A stretch of 64,000 nt of DNA from an uncultured bacterium (lineage in GTDB: Bacteria > Planctomycetota > Phycisphaerae > Sedimentisphaerales > Anaerobacaceae). Positions 45,327-53,973 of the stretch are shown here, one piece after another. The notes under the pieces were generated by a model. That model had not been told where the DNA came from. It was given only the letters and a program-made list of their open reading frames with translations, and ran no database searches. Numbering within the stretch: position 1 is the stretch's first letter; every line of letters begins with the position of its first letter. Position numbers and translations under genes: made by a program. The DNA lies in the NCBI GenBank assembly GCA_965372745.1, contig CBDVDM010000001.1, positions 52,330 to 116,329 on the forward strand, read 5' to 3'.

Positions 45327-46928
45327 CTACAGCCGGTCTTCTATCGCTTCCCGGAGTTCCTCTGAAATCTCTGCTCCCAGACTTTCTGCAATTTGCAGGT
45401 GTGTTAACGCTGATTCATATTCTCGAAGTTTGTAAAAAACAAACGCAAGACCATTATGTGCGTCTCCCATCTCCGGCTCAAGACTAATCGCCTTTTTATA
45501 CCACCTCGCGGATTGCTCATAGTCTTTCTTCTGTGAATATGCCGTGCCAAGATTATAGCAGATTGTAGCATCCGCCGAATTTATCTTTACTGCCTTTTTA
45601 TATTCTGCGATTGCTGTATCAAATTTCTGTTTATTAAAATATGCATTACCAAGATTTATCAATGCCGCTGCAAAATCGGGTTCGATTTCCAATGTCTTTT
45701 TATACGCTGATATCTCCTGCTCAACCAGTCCGAGTTTATTATAACATACTGCCACGCTGTAATGTGCTTCCACAAACCTGGAATTCAGCTTTAATGCCTT
45801 TTTATACTGTTCGATTGCCTCTTCATAATGTTCCGTCTGAAGATAAATGTCACCCATTTGATTATAACAGTTAAAATCCGTTGGCGCTAATTTAATGGCC
45901 TTATTAAGATAATATTTAGCCTGTTCGAACATCTTCTTTCTGCTGTAGGCAAGGGAAATATTCTTATATGTATCTGTAAAATTCGGGTCATGAGCGATTG
46001 CCGCCTCGTATTCACCTGTCGCATATTCCAGCCAGCCTCGACGCAGATATGCGTTACCGAGATTATTATGTGCCTTGGCATCACGGGGATTGATTTTCAA
46101 GGCCTCCTGGTATTCATATATGGCATCTTCCAAACGCTCCTGCCTTAGATAAATATTGCCGAGATTCAATCGCGATTCTGCAAGCGACGGATTTATCTGT
46201 ACCGCTCGTTCAAGCACCTGCTGTGCCGACTCTACATTGTTGACATCTATGTAAATATTACCCAGATTATTGAAAAAGCAACCCAGCGTCTGCTTTTTAT
46301 TAAGGTTCTCCATGTAAATACTTTCTCGATAACCTTCCGGCACCTTAAATTTCATCCTGTAATGCTGATTGGTTGCTGTTCCACCTTTGCTTGTCGTCTC
46401 TATATTGAAACGCATTCTGCCATCATCATATCTAACGAAGAAATGTCCCGGTACGACAACACCATACAATGGCAAACCCAACCGCTCTGCTATCGAAAGA
46501 TAAAGAACAGATAAACTCAAACAATAGCCGCGTTTTCTGTCCATTACTGAGTGCAAAAACAGATCCTCAGGGTCGGTTGCCTCGGATACTGATCTAAAGC
46601 CTAATTCGTCGAACAAATACTCATTTATCACAGCAACAGCTTTATAATTCATTTGAATACGTTTTTCTCGAAGCCTTGAACGTATCTCTATCGCAATGTC
46701 GTCCAATCGCGAAAGATACCTTCTGCCGTTAACCATATCGCTCCATTGCTCCGAAACAATCAATGCCGCCGTTGCCAGGTCTATCTCATTTTCATCGAGG
46801 TTAAGTACCTCTTTAATTGACCTTGCATAAAGACCGTCACTTTTCGAGTTGGCAAGCGGGCCGCCGATAGCAGGACAAACACTTATTATCAAAAGCAGGA
46901 AACCAATTGTCACTGAATTTTTTTTCAT
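45327..46928 (-). CDS. transglutaminase-like N-domain / TPR-repeat protein
   Basis: It has a signal or lipoprotein-like N-terminus. A transglutaminase-core-like region is present (RKRGYCLSLSVLYLSIAERLGLPLYGVVVPGHFFVRY). About 8 TPR units follow. Confidence 0.7.
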   Translation of the reverse strand: MKKNSVTIGFLLLIISVCPAIGGPLANSKSDGLYARSIKEVLNLDENEIDLATAALIVSEQWSDMVNGRRYLSRLDDIAIEIRSRLREKRIQMNYKAVAVINEYLFDELGFRSVSEATDPEDLFLHSVMDRKRGYCLSLSVLYLSIAERLGLPLYGVVVPGHFFVRYDDGRMRFNIETTSKGGTATNQHYRMKFKVPEGYRESIYMENLNKKQTLGCFFNNLGNIYIDVNNVESAQQVLERAVQINPSLAESRLNLGNIYLRQERLEDAIYEYQEALKINPRDAKAHNNLGNAYLRRGWLEYATGEYEAAIAHDPNFTDTYKNISLAYSRKKMFEQAKYYLNKAIKLAPTDFNCYNQMGDIYLQTEHYEEAIEQYKKALKLNSRFVEAHYSVAVCYNKLGLVEQEISAYKKTLEIEPDFAAALINLGNAYFNKQKFDTAIAEYKKAVKINSADATICYNLGTAYSQKKDYEQSARWYKKAISLEPEMGDAHNGLAFVFYKLREYESALTHLQIAESLGAEISEELREAIEDRL

Positions 46929-46971
46929 ACCACGTCACTTAAAACGATATACTATATACGATATACAAATA

Positions 46972-48402
46972 TCATTCCACTACCCCATTAATTTCTGCCG
47001 GCATTCCAACAATTCTTCTTTCAAACAAATCGATTCTCATCCAGCGATTACTCTTGAATCGCCAACGGACTAAAAGGCTCACTACTATTATTTTTGCCGT
47101 TGCTGCTATCCATGGCCCCAGTGCTCCAAGCTCCGGGAAAAATGTCAGCATAAAAAACCCACCTGCGCCAAGTACTATTGCCGCTGAAGTTGCCTCGGCT
47201 GTCGCAAACCACAACGTATCGCCGGCTCCTCGCAGCGCATCGCCATGAATTATCAAAATAGCGTCGAATATCTGAAATACCGCCGCACAGATAAATATCC
47301 TGATACCTATACCGATTACTTTATCGTCACTTGACCACAATGCCATTAAATCATTCCTGAACACAAAAAAGCACAGACCCACAAATCCCATATACACCAG
47401 CGCTAGTCTCAAGCAGATTGCTGTCTGTTTTACAGCGATGTCTTTTCTGCCTGCTCCGATTGACTTTCCCACCGCCGCTGTCAATGCTGTCCCTAATCCT
47501 ATGATTGGCATAAAGGAAACGTTCATACACGAAAATACTGCGCTCGTCGCCGCCAGCGATTCCTTACCAAACCTGCCTACAAGCCCAAACAGTATCACAC
47601 TAAAAAATGCCATGTTTATCATAAACCCGAAACCTGTGGGAAACCCGATTTTTAAGAGGTCTCTCATTTTTGAAAAATCAACGTGTAGACTTTGCCTGCT
47701 TCGGTACTCACGATTTATCCCGCTGCCCAAAAACACCCACATCCTGACTGCCGCACCGACGGCCAATCCTATGAATGTCCCCCAGCCGGCACCGGCTATA
47801 CCCATAGCCGGAAATCCGAATTTGCCGAATATCAGAAGATAATTAAACACGATGTTAACCACCTGACCACATAATGCTGCATACATAGTGATGCTCGGCC
47901 GGTGAATACCCATAAAAAACTGACTGCTCGCCCATACCATCATCACCAGAAACTGTGAATAAAGCATTATTCGAAGATATGCTACCTCCAGTGTTACAAC
48001 GCCGGCCTCATGTCCGAACCACTTAAATATTAACGGTGCCGCGGGCCACATTACCGCCAAAACCACCGCAAAATAGCAAAACCCCATATATATTGCCTGC
48101 CAGCAGTAATTCGAACAGTCTTTTTTTGTACCTTTACCTAAATTCTGGCTGACAAAAGTATTGACACTTATTATCACACCAAGTGCAAAACTCGCTGGAA
48201 CAAAACTCAGCATACCAGCCGGCAAAATTGCTGCCAGCGCCTCTGTGCCAAGACGTGAAACCATAAAGCGGTCGACGAACTGCATGATAGTAAACGATAT
48301 ATTCGTCACTATCATAGGCCCTGCGAGTTTAAGCATGTATTTTAGCGATGCCTCGACCGCATTCGTATCTTCTGTTATTACCACTGTTTTATCTGCCATC
48401 AA
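46972..48402 (-). CDS. MATE-family efflux transporter
   Basis: It is 476 aa with 12 TM helices. The MATE-like N-terminus is LAGPMIVTNISFTIMQFVDRFMVSRLG. Confidence 0.85.
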   Translation of the reverse strand: MMADKTVVITEDTNAVEASLKYMLKLAGPMIVTNISFTIMQFVDRFMVSRLGTEALAAILPAGMLSFVPASFALGVIISVNTFVSQNLGKGTKKDCSNYCWQAIYMGFCYFAVVLAVMWPAAPLIFKWFGHEAGVVTLEVAYLRIMLYSQFLVMMVWASSQFFMGIHRPSITMYAALCGQVVNIVFNYLLIFGKFGFPAMGIAGAGWGTFIGLAVGAAVRMWVFLGSGINREYRSRQSLHVDFSKMRDLLKIGFPTGFGFMINMAFFSVILFGLVGRFGKESLAATSAVFSCMNVSFMPIIGLGTALTAAVGKSIGAGRKDIAVKQTAICLRLALVYMGFVGLCFFVFRNDLMALWSSDDKVIGIGIRIFICAAVFQIFDAILIIHGDALRGAGDTLWFATAEATSAAIVLGAGGFFMLTFFPELGALGPWIAATAKIIVVSLLVRWRFKSNRWMRIDLFERRIVGMPAEINGVVE

Positions 48403-48419
48403 TTAAATCCAGCTATTAC

Positions 48420-48523
48420 ATAGTGCTCACGATTGAAATTTCTCGTTTATTCGCGGGCAAGATACCTTGAAACAATATGTTACGAACCTGCTCGCGGGAA
48501 TTTTCTACCCTGAAGGGTATACA
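48420..48523. repeat. ~105-nt structured repeat, copy 1 (copy 2 at 51173-51284)
   Basis: The shared left arm is ATAGTGCTC.C..TTGAAATTTC.CGTT.ATTCGCGGG. The shared right arm is C.CGGGAATTT..TA.CCTGAAGGGTATA. The right arm supplies the last ~12 codons of the DUF167 ORF. Confidence 0.75.
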
Positions 48524-48812
48524 AACAAAGTTTTTCCACCATCGTATCAGCCGAAACTCCTAAAACCTCTACGCCCTTAACAGGGTTGGTTTGTCCACTG
48601 ATAATTCTGACAGCACCTTTCTTTACACCGAGTTGTTTGGCTAAAAAATCAATCAGGCATTGATTAGCCTTTCCTTTCTCAGCAGCTGCCGAAACCTTAA
48701 CTTTCAACATATTATCCAATACACCGCCGACCATTGTCCTGCTGCTGGAGGGAATCACTTTTACTTTAAAAACCACTCCTCCCTCGATTGTTTTGATTGT
48801 AAGATTACTCAT
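48480..48812 (-). CDS. DUF167 (YggU-like) protein
   Basis: It has a YggU-like pattern (FKVKVIPSSSRTMVGG...LKVKVSAAAEKGKAN..LIDFLAKQLGVKKGAVRIISGQTNPVK). The C-terminal ~15 aa are encoded by repeat sequence. Confidence 0.75.
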   Translation of the reverse strand: MSNLTIKTIEGGVVFKVKVIPSSSRTMVGGVLDNMLKVKVSAAAEKGKANQCLIDFLAKQLGVKKGAVRIISGQTNPVKGVEVLGVSADTMVEKLCLYTLQGRKFPRAGS

Positions 48813-48866
48813 TGATTGTTCTTATTTCTATAAAGGACGATACGAAAGACGTGGGTTACTCATCGC

Positions 48867-49169
48867 TTATTCAAAATCATCCCGGAGGTTGGTCCCTATC
48901 GCCATCTGCACATACTTTTCAATTTGTTCAGCCAGTTCACCGATTACCTCTAACTGGAAATCTTCATAATGGCCGGGTATAAATTCCTCGTTCAGTGCCT
49001 TCTTGAAAATTCTCACTCGTATCACAGATGGCTGCTTATCACTCCTGCTGAAATCGCTGTCCTTGTGCTCGGTAAGCTCGACTCGCCAGGCCTCGCTGAT
49101 AAAGACAAGGCATTTGCCTGTATAAACAGCTGTCGGAAAGTAATCTCGTAATAATTTCAAAGTTTCCAT
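48867..49169 (-). CDS. hypothetical protein (100 aa)
   Basis: It is an uninterrupted ORF packed between the DUF167 gene and the permease gene (1-nt gap to the upstream gene). I recognise no family. Confidence 0.5.
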   Translation of the reverse strand: METLKLLRDYFPTAVYTGKCLVFISEAWRVELTEHKDSDFSRSDKQPSVIRVRIFKKALNEEFIPGHYEDFQLEVIGELAEQIEKYVQMAIGTNLRDDFE

Positions 49170-49170
49170 C

Positions 49171-51042
49171 TTAAAGGCGAGTATCCCTCGTTCTTGTTGA
49201 TAATAGTATCAGGTTCCGTATACTTTCGCTGTCCCGTGCCTCCATCCACCGCTGCTCGAATCCTTTTTCCTGGGCTATCTGCGCTATTGCCATCAATGCC
49301 CGCAGGTGATAATTACGTTCATCCTTACTGCCCGCAAGAACAAACATTATTCTTATTGGCTCTTTTGCATGTGGAAACCGTATCCCTTCAGACGCTCGAA
49401 CCACTATAATATCGAATTTGTTTTTACCATCGACTATTATGTGTGGTATCGCAAATCCAGGCTGTACCACCGTTCCTCCCTCAGCCTCACGTGCAATGAA
49501 CTTCTCGAAAAGAACGTTTTTATCCTCCCCTAATTGTTTAGACAATATTTCTGATAATTGGCTGAAAACTTCTTTCGAATCTTTGCTCTCACTTAAATCC
49601 AGTATTTCACATTTATGTATAAGCCTGTCGAACCTGTCTTTAATTATTTCATCCCGTTCTAATAGTATATCGCGAAGCTCACTTTCCAGTGTAACTGTTC
49701 GTAGTTCTTTAGCGGTAACTCTTTCCACTATGTGCATCATCGCCGATGCTCTGTCGCCTCGTTTGTAAACATAAATAAAGAACCACGCTATACTCAAAAC
49801 AAAAAAACCTGCCGTCACCATAAGCGGGACTCTGCCCATATCAATTATTAACCACATATAAACAATAATTGTCAGAATATGAACATACGGGTACAGCGGC
49901 GACCTGAATTTCGGTCGATAGCTCTGTATCCTGCTTTCACGCATTATTATTACGCTGGCGTTGACGAGCATGAAAAGTATTATCATTATGGTCGACGCTG
50001 TTTTGACCAGGGTCTCAATATCAAGAAATGCAATCGCCATGACCATAAACAGCCCTGTAATTAATATGCTGATATGGGGTGTCTCAAATCGCTTGTTTAC
50101 ACGTGCAAGTATCGGTGGAAGCAATCGGTCTCTGCTCATTGCCATAGGTGACCTTGATGCCGTTAATATTCCGCCGTTAGCTGTTGTCAAAAATGCGGTG
50201 ATAGCAGCCAAACTCAATACCGCAAATCCCCATTTGCCCATAAATTTACTCGCTGCCGTCGAGATAGGCATAGAACTGGCAGACAGTTCTTCACCACTTA
50301 ATACTCCCACTGTTACTGTCACCACGCTGACGTAAAGCAATGTCACTATAAACCATGCTGATATCATTCCCAATGGCAGATTCCTGCTTGGGTTTTTGAC
50401 CTCTTCTGCCAGGCTTGCTATTTTTGTTAAACCGCCGAAACTGATAAACACAAACCCTGACGTTGCCAGTATTGCGCCCCAGCCGGAAGAAGCAAATCCT
50501 TCATACCTGCCGAATTCGATACCTCGAATACCAAGACCTGTAAAACATGCAAGTATGACTAATAAAACTGCGACAAGCAGAACCTGTAATTTTCCGGTTT
50601 GTTTGACACTTACGATATTGAGTAATGTAAACCCGAGACAGCAGATGATAGCGATTATTTTTAGATGATACTCATAAAGCTCGATTCCTGCCGATTTCAG
50701 TAAGACACTGACAAGTATCGCCATGCCCACTACGGCGAAAGCGCTTTTAAGTGCCAGAGAAAACCATCCCGCAAATCCGCTGAATATCCCCCATATAGAA
50801 CCCAGACTGCGTTCAATAAAAAAATATGCCCCGCCCGCCCTGGGCATCGCCGTAGCCAGTTCTGCCTGGCTCAGGGCACTTGGAAGTATTAGAATCGAAG
50901 CCAGGAAATATGAGACTATTAAACCTGAGCCTGCTTTGGTATAAGCAAGTGCCGGCAGAACAAACAATCCGGAACTTATCATCGCACCGGCACCGACGGA
51001 AAAAACATCCAGGAAACCAAGCTCTTTTTTTAGTTTAGACAT
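49171..51042 (-). CDS. APC-family amino-acid permease fused to C-terminal PTS EIIA(Ntr/Fru)-type domain
   Basis: The N-terminal ~440 aa have 12 TM helices and an APC-like start (GAGAMISSGLFVLP). The C-terminal ~150 aa are soluble and carry an EIIA-2-like His motif (GFAIPHIIVDG). Confidence 0.75.
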   Translation of the reverse strand: MSKLKKELGFLDVFSVGAGAMISSGLFVLPALAYTKAGSGLIVSYFLASILILPSALSQAELATAMPRAGGAYFFIERSLGSIWGIFSGFAGWFSLALKSAFAVVGMAILVSVLLKSAGIELYEYHLKIIAIICCLGFTLLNIVSVKQTGKLQVLLVAVLLVILACFTGLGIRGIEFGRYEGFASSGWGAILATSGFVFISFGGLTKIASLAEEVKNPSRNLPLGMISAWFIVTLLYVSVVTVTVGVLSGEELSASSMPISTAASKFMGKWGFAVLSLAAITAFLTTANGGILTASRSPMAMSRDRLLPPILARVNKRFETPHISILITGLFMVMAIAFLDIETLVKTASTIMIILFMLVNASVIIMRESRIQSYRPKFRSPLYPYVHILTIIVYMWLIIDMGRVPLMVTAGFFVLSIAWFFIYVYKRGDRASAMMHIVERVTAKELRTVTLESELRDILLERDEIIKDRFDRLIHKCEILDLSESKDSKEVFSQLSEILSKQLGEDKNVLFEKFIAREAEGGTVVQPGFAIPHIIVDGKNKFDIIVVRASEGIRFPHAKEPIRIMFVLAGSKDERNYHLRALMAIAQIAQEKGFEQRWMEARDSESIRNLILLSTRTRDTRL

Positions 51043-51172
51043 TTACAATCAATCCAATCAGGTCACTCAGGAATATCAATATCGCTCTTAAAAGCTACAA
51101 TAATCGTCAATGTTGATTTAGTCAAAAAAAATATATTGTTTCTAAGCAGGTGCATGTCATCTTTGCATGGGT

Positions 51173-51284
51173 ATAGTGCTCGCAGTTGAAATTTCCCGTT
51201 AATTCGCGGGGAGATAATTTTACAGCAATAATTTACAATCTCACTCGTCCACTCACGGGAATTTATTATCCTGAAGGGTATAAA
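51173..51284. repeat. ~110-nt structured repeat, copy 2
   Basis: It has the same orientation as 48420-48523. The ends can pair (AAATTTCCCGT ... ACGGGAATTT). It lies in the gene-free stretch upstream of the permease gene. Confidence 0.75.
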
Positions 51285-51390
51285 AGCCATTTGCTCAGGA
51301 TGAATCCGAAAAGACTTTCCCAGACTAACTGTTGTTGCCAGTCTCAATATTACCTGTCTTGTTATTGTTAGCAGGGGGCGTAAAAACGGG

Positions 51391-51431
51391 AACAAAAAAA
51401 GCCAGATTCCTAAAACAAAGTAGAATCTGGC
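51391..51431 (-). terminator. orphan Rho-independent terminator (minus strand)
   Basis: On the minus strand it reads GCCAGATTC-tactttgttttag-GAATCTGGC followed by TTTTTTTGTT. The stem is a perfect 9 bp with a U-tract. No ORF of 60 aa or more ends here. Confidence 0.7.
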
Positions 51432-51822
51432 TTCGGAGGAGGGTGATGAAAAGCCTACAGATGAGGATAACCGACTATACAAACCCCAGCTATTCGCTTT
51501 CCATCACCTTAAACCAATTTTCGTTTAACGGGATTCTCTCGCTATCAGTTTAAATCGTACTTATGGTTCGAGAATCTTTAGCAAATTTTGAAATAACATG
51601 AAAAAACTAAACCGCCCACAATTGTATAGGCTACACTGCTCCCATGCTAAATCAAGTGTAAAGTACAAAAATTCCGCATCTTTTTGCGGTTTTTTTGCTG
51701 GTTTTACCACTTTTTTACCCAAAAGGATGTTTCTATGCTGAAAATCAATATATTTTACGCTTGATAAAGTAATTTTGTTCTAATATCTTAACGGACAAGC
51801 TGTTATTTTTTTCCTGGAGTTT

Positions 51823-52689
51823 ATGGAATTAACAAATATGGGTGAAAAAATCACAATTGCAAATCTGCTGCAGGCCAAGCATGAGAACCGTAAAGTCACA
51901 GCTATAAGCTGTTACGATTACACAACGGCAAAGCTGGTAGCACAGACCGGTATCGAGATGATTCTGGTTGGAGATTCAGCGGCACAGGCGATGCTCGGAT
52001 ACGATTCGACATTGCCGGCGACGATGGATTTTATGGTAGCGATAACAGCAGCGGTGAGAAGGGCAGCGCCGGAGAAATTTCTTGTGGCGGATATGCCGTT
52101 CCTGTCGTATCAGTTAGGGGTTGCGGAGGCGGTAAAAAACGCCGGCAGATTTGTTGTCGAAGCAGGGGTTTCGATGATAAAAATCGAGGCGTCAGAGCCA
52201 TATCTCGATGTGATAAAAGCGGTTAGCGATGCCGGTATGGCGGTGATGGCGCATATCGGGATTCGGCCCCAAATGATTAGCAAAATCGGCCAATTCAAGG
52301 CAGAAGCTACGACAGCAGAGATGGCGGTGGAGTTGATAAACCTCGCAGAACAAATGGTTTATAACGGTGCAGGCTGCCTATTATTAGAGGGTACTGCTGC
52401 TGAGGTCTCGAAGATTATTACCGCTCGATTTGATGTGCCGGTTATCAGTTGTGGGGCGGGGCTGTGCTGTGATGGCCAAATCCTTATCGCACCGGATATT
52501 TTAGGTCTGACAGAAGGCGCAAAGCCAAAGTTTGCAAAGGGTTATGCACAGCTTGGTGCTGAGATAATCGAGGCATTTAATGCTTATAATGATGAAATAA
52601 AGACAGGCAAATTCCCGGATGATGCGCACAGCTACCACATGAAAAAAGGAGAACTCGAGCAGCTTGAAAAGATGCTGACAAATACTTAA
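51823..52689 (+). CDS. panB: 3-methyl-2-oxobutanoate hydroxymethyltransferase
   Basis: It has the PanB pattern (KVTAISCYDYTTAKL...ILVGDSAAQAMLGYDSTLP...KIE...HIGIRPQ). An alternative start at 51838 is possible. Confidence 0.9.
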   Translation: MELTNMGEKITIANLLQAKHENRKVTAISCYDYTTAKLVAQTGIEMILVGDSAAQAMLGYDSTLPATMDFMVAITAAVRRAAPEKFLVADMPFLSYQLGVAEAVKNAGRFVVEAGVSMIKIEASEPYLDVIKAVSDAGMAVMAHIGIRPQMISKIGQFKAEATTAEMAVELINLAEQMVYNGAGCLLLEGTAAEVSKIITARFDVPVISCGAGLCCDGQILIAPDILGLTEGAKPKFAKGYAQLGAEIIEAFNAYNDEIKTGKFPDDAHSYHMKKGELEQLEKMLTNT

Positions 52690-52747
52690 GTGGGGATTTA
52701 GGCGCGATTATTCGCGCAAGTTCTTAAAAAAGGGCGGTAAAAGTCGT

Positions 52748-52834
52748 GCAAAAAGTAACAAAAAATCGCAGAAATGCGCACAAATTGACATAAAAACGCA
52801 TCAAAATGTACCAAAAATGACAAATTCAAAATGA
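52748..52834. other. run of ~9 helically phased A-tracts (predicted intrinsically curved DNA)
   Basis: A3-A6 tracts start at 52750, 52760, 52772, 52782, 52792, 52803, 52813, 52822 and 52828. The first eight are spaced 9-12 bp apart and the last gap is 6 bp. The region reads as degenerate 10-mers ending in GCA/ACA. Confidence 0.7.
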
Positions 52835-52880
52835 GCGCTTGCGCGGTTTGTTCGTTTCTCGTCGCTCGTCGCTCGTCACT

Positions 52881-52927
52881 CGAAAAAGAAAATTTCTAAA
52901 CACTGATTTCGCAGATTACGCAGATTC
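52881..52927. repeat. dispersed repeat module (CGAAAAAGAAAAT.TCTAAACACTGATTT...)
   Basis: CGAAAAAGAAAATTTCTAAACACTGATTTCGCAGATTACGCAGATTC is related to 62544-62588 and, in its second half, to 62184-62212. A CTCGTCG x3 microrepeat precedes it. Confidence 0.7.
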
Positions 52928-53106
52928 TATATTGTAGATGTCGGGTTTCCCCTATAGATTTATAAATAAAGCCGAAAAGACCGGGTATTTAACGACAAAA
53001 TGTCTGTATATAGGGACAAGTTGGGTTTAAAATGGTCTTGTAAGAATTTTATGTTGTTTGTGTTTTGAAAGCGGAGGGTGGTTAAGAGTTGAAGGGATGA
53101 AATATA

Positions 53107-53961
53107 ATGAGCAATGGGATAGAATTTGATATTGAAATGAAGTTTGAGGTTCCAAAGCATTGCATTTCTGCATATACCTTAACAGACACTTCGACGCAGT
53201 TTATCGTAATGCTTGAAGAGATCAATAAACATCTTTTATTTGATTCAGATGTTCAAATTTATGTTTTTCCATATGAAGCGGGTAGTTTTTGTGAAAGGCT
53301 GAGAATATATGCCACAAAACATGTGCTAACACCATTTGTAGAAAATGCATCAAAACAACTGGGCACTGCTGTGGTTATTGGCTTAGGATTACTTATATAT
53401 GGTTCTACTCGTAATGACAGGGATCAAATAATTATCAATAACACAGGTGGGTTGGTACAAATTTATACGAAAGAGATGCTTGAGGAGTTAAGGAATAATA
53501 AACGTTTCTCAGTTGCAAAATCAAGTTATTTTTATGCACTCGAGAAAGATTCACAAGTAGAAAAAGTTTCTTTCCATTCTGCTAAAGCGGATGTAGAGGT
53601 TTCAAGGAAAGCTTATGCTAAAAATATTATTCATGAAGAAGCAATTTCAGAATTACAAGAGACAGATATTAAAGAGTTGATAGTTGTGTCTCCCGTTTTG
53701 GAAGTAATAAAGAAACAATGGAGTTTCAAAATGGATGGTCAAATTCGATCATTTGTCATGTTGGATGGAGATTTTACCAAACGTGTCTCAGAGGGGAAAT
53801 TCCATTTTAAACATGATGATAAAATAGAAGCTATTATTCAAATTGTACACTCATTAGAAAAAGAAGAAAAGAAAATAAAGAAGATCAATATTCTTAAAGT
53901 AAAAAAATTCAATGATAAGATTTTAGATGATCAGTTAGAGATTGATTTTAAAGGGGAATAG
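53107..53961 (+). CDS. orphan hypothetical protein (284 aa)
   Basis: It is a clean ORF with an AAGGGA RBS in a visibly AT-rich segment. It has one central hydrophobic segment (GTAVVIGLGLLIYG) and a K/E-rich C-terminus. I recognise no family. Confidence 0.6.
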   Translation: MSNGIEFDIEMKFEVPKHCISAYTLTDTSTQFIVMLEEINKHLLFDSDVQIYVFPYEAGSFCERLRIYATKHVLTPFVENASKQLGTAVVIGLGLLIYGSTRNDRDQIIINNTGGLVQIYTKEMLEELRNNKRFSVAKSSYFYALEKDSQVEKVSFHSAKADVEVSRKAYAKNIIHEEAISELQETDIKELIVVSPVLEVIKKQWSFKMDGQIRSFVMLDGDFTKRVSEGKFHFKHDDKIEAIIQIVHSLEKEEKKIKKINILKVKKFNDKILDDQLEIDFKGE

Positions 53962-53973
53962 CAATGTCGATTG

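Noticed and set aside
51063-51482. 139-aa minus-strand ORF in the permease-panB spacer.
   Set aside because: It runs straight through the ~110-nt repeat copy and the intrinsic terminator hairpin. It has no RBS and no recognisable fold. The spacer is better explained as non-coding.
51440-51525. Possible known riboswitch (fluoride, glycine, c-di-GMP, Mn) in the hairpin before the orphan terminator.
   Set aside because: GGTGATGG superficially recalls the fluoride motif. The rest does not match any consensus I can recall, and the downstream gene is not a typical regulon member. I keep it only as an unclassified structured-RNA candidate.
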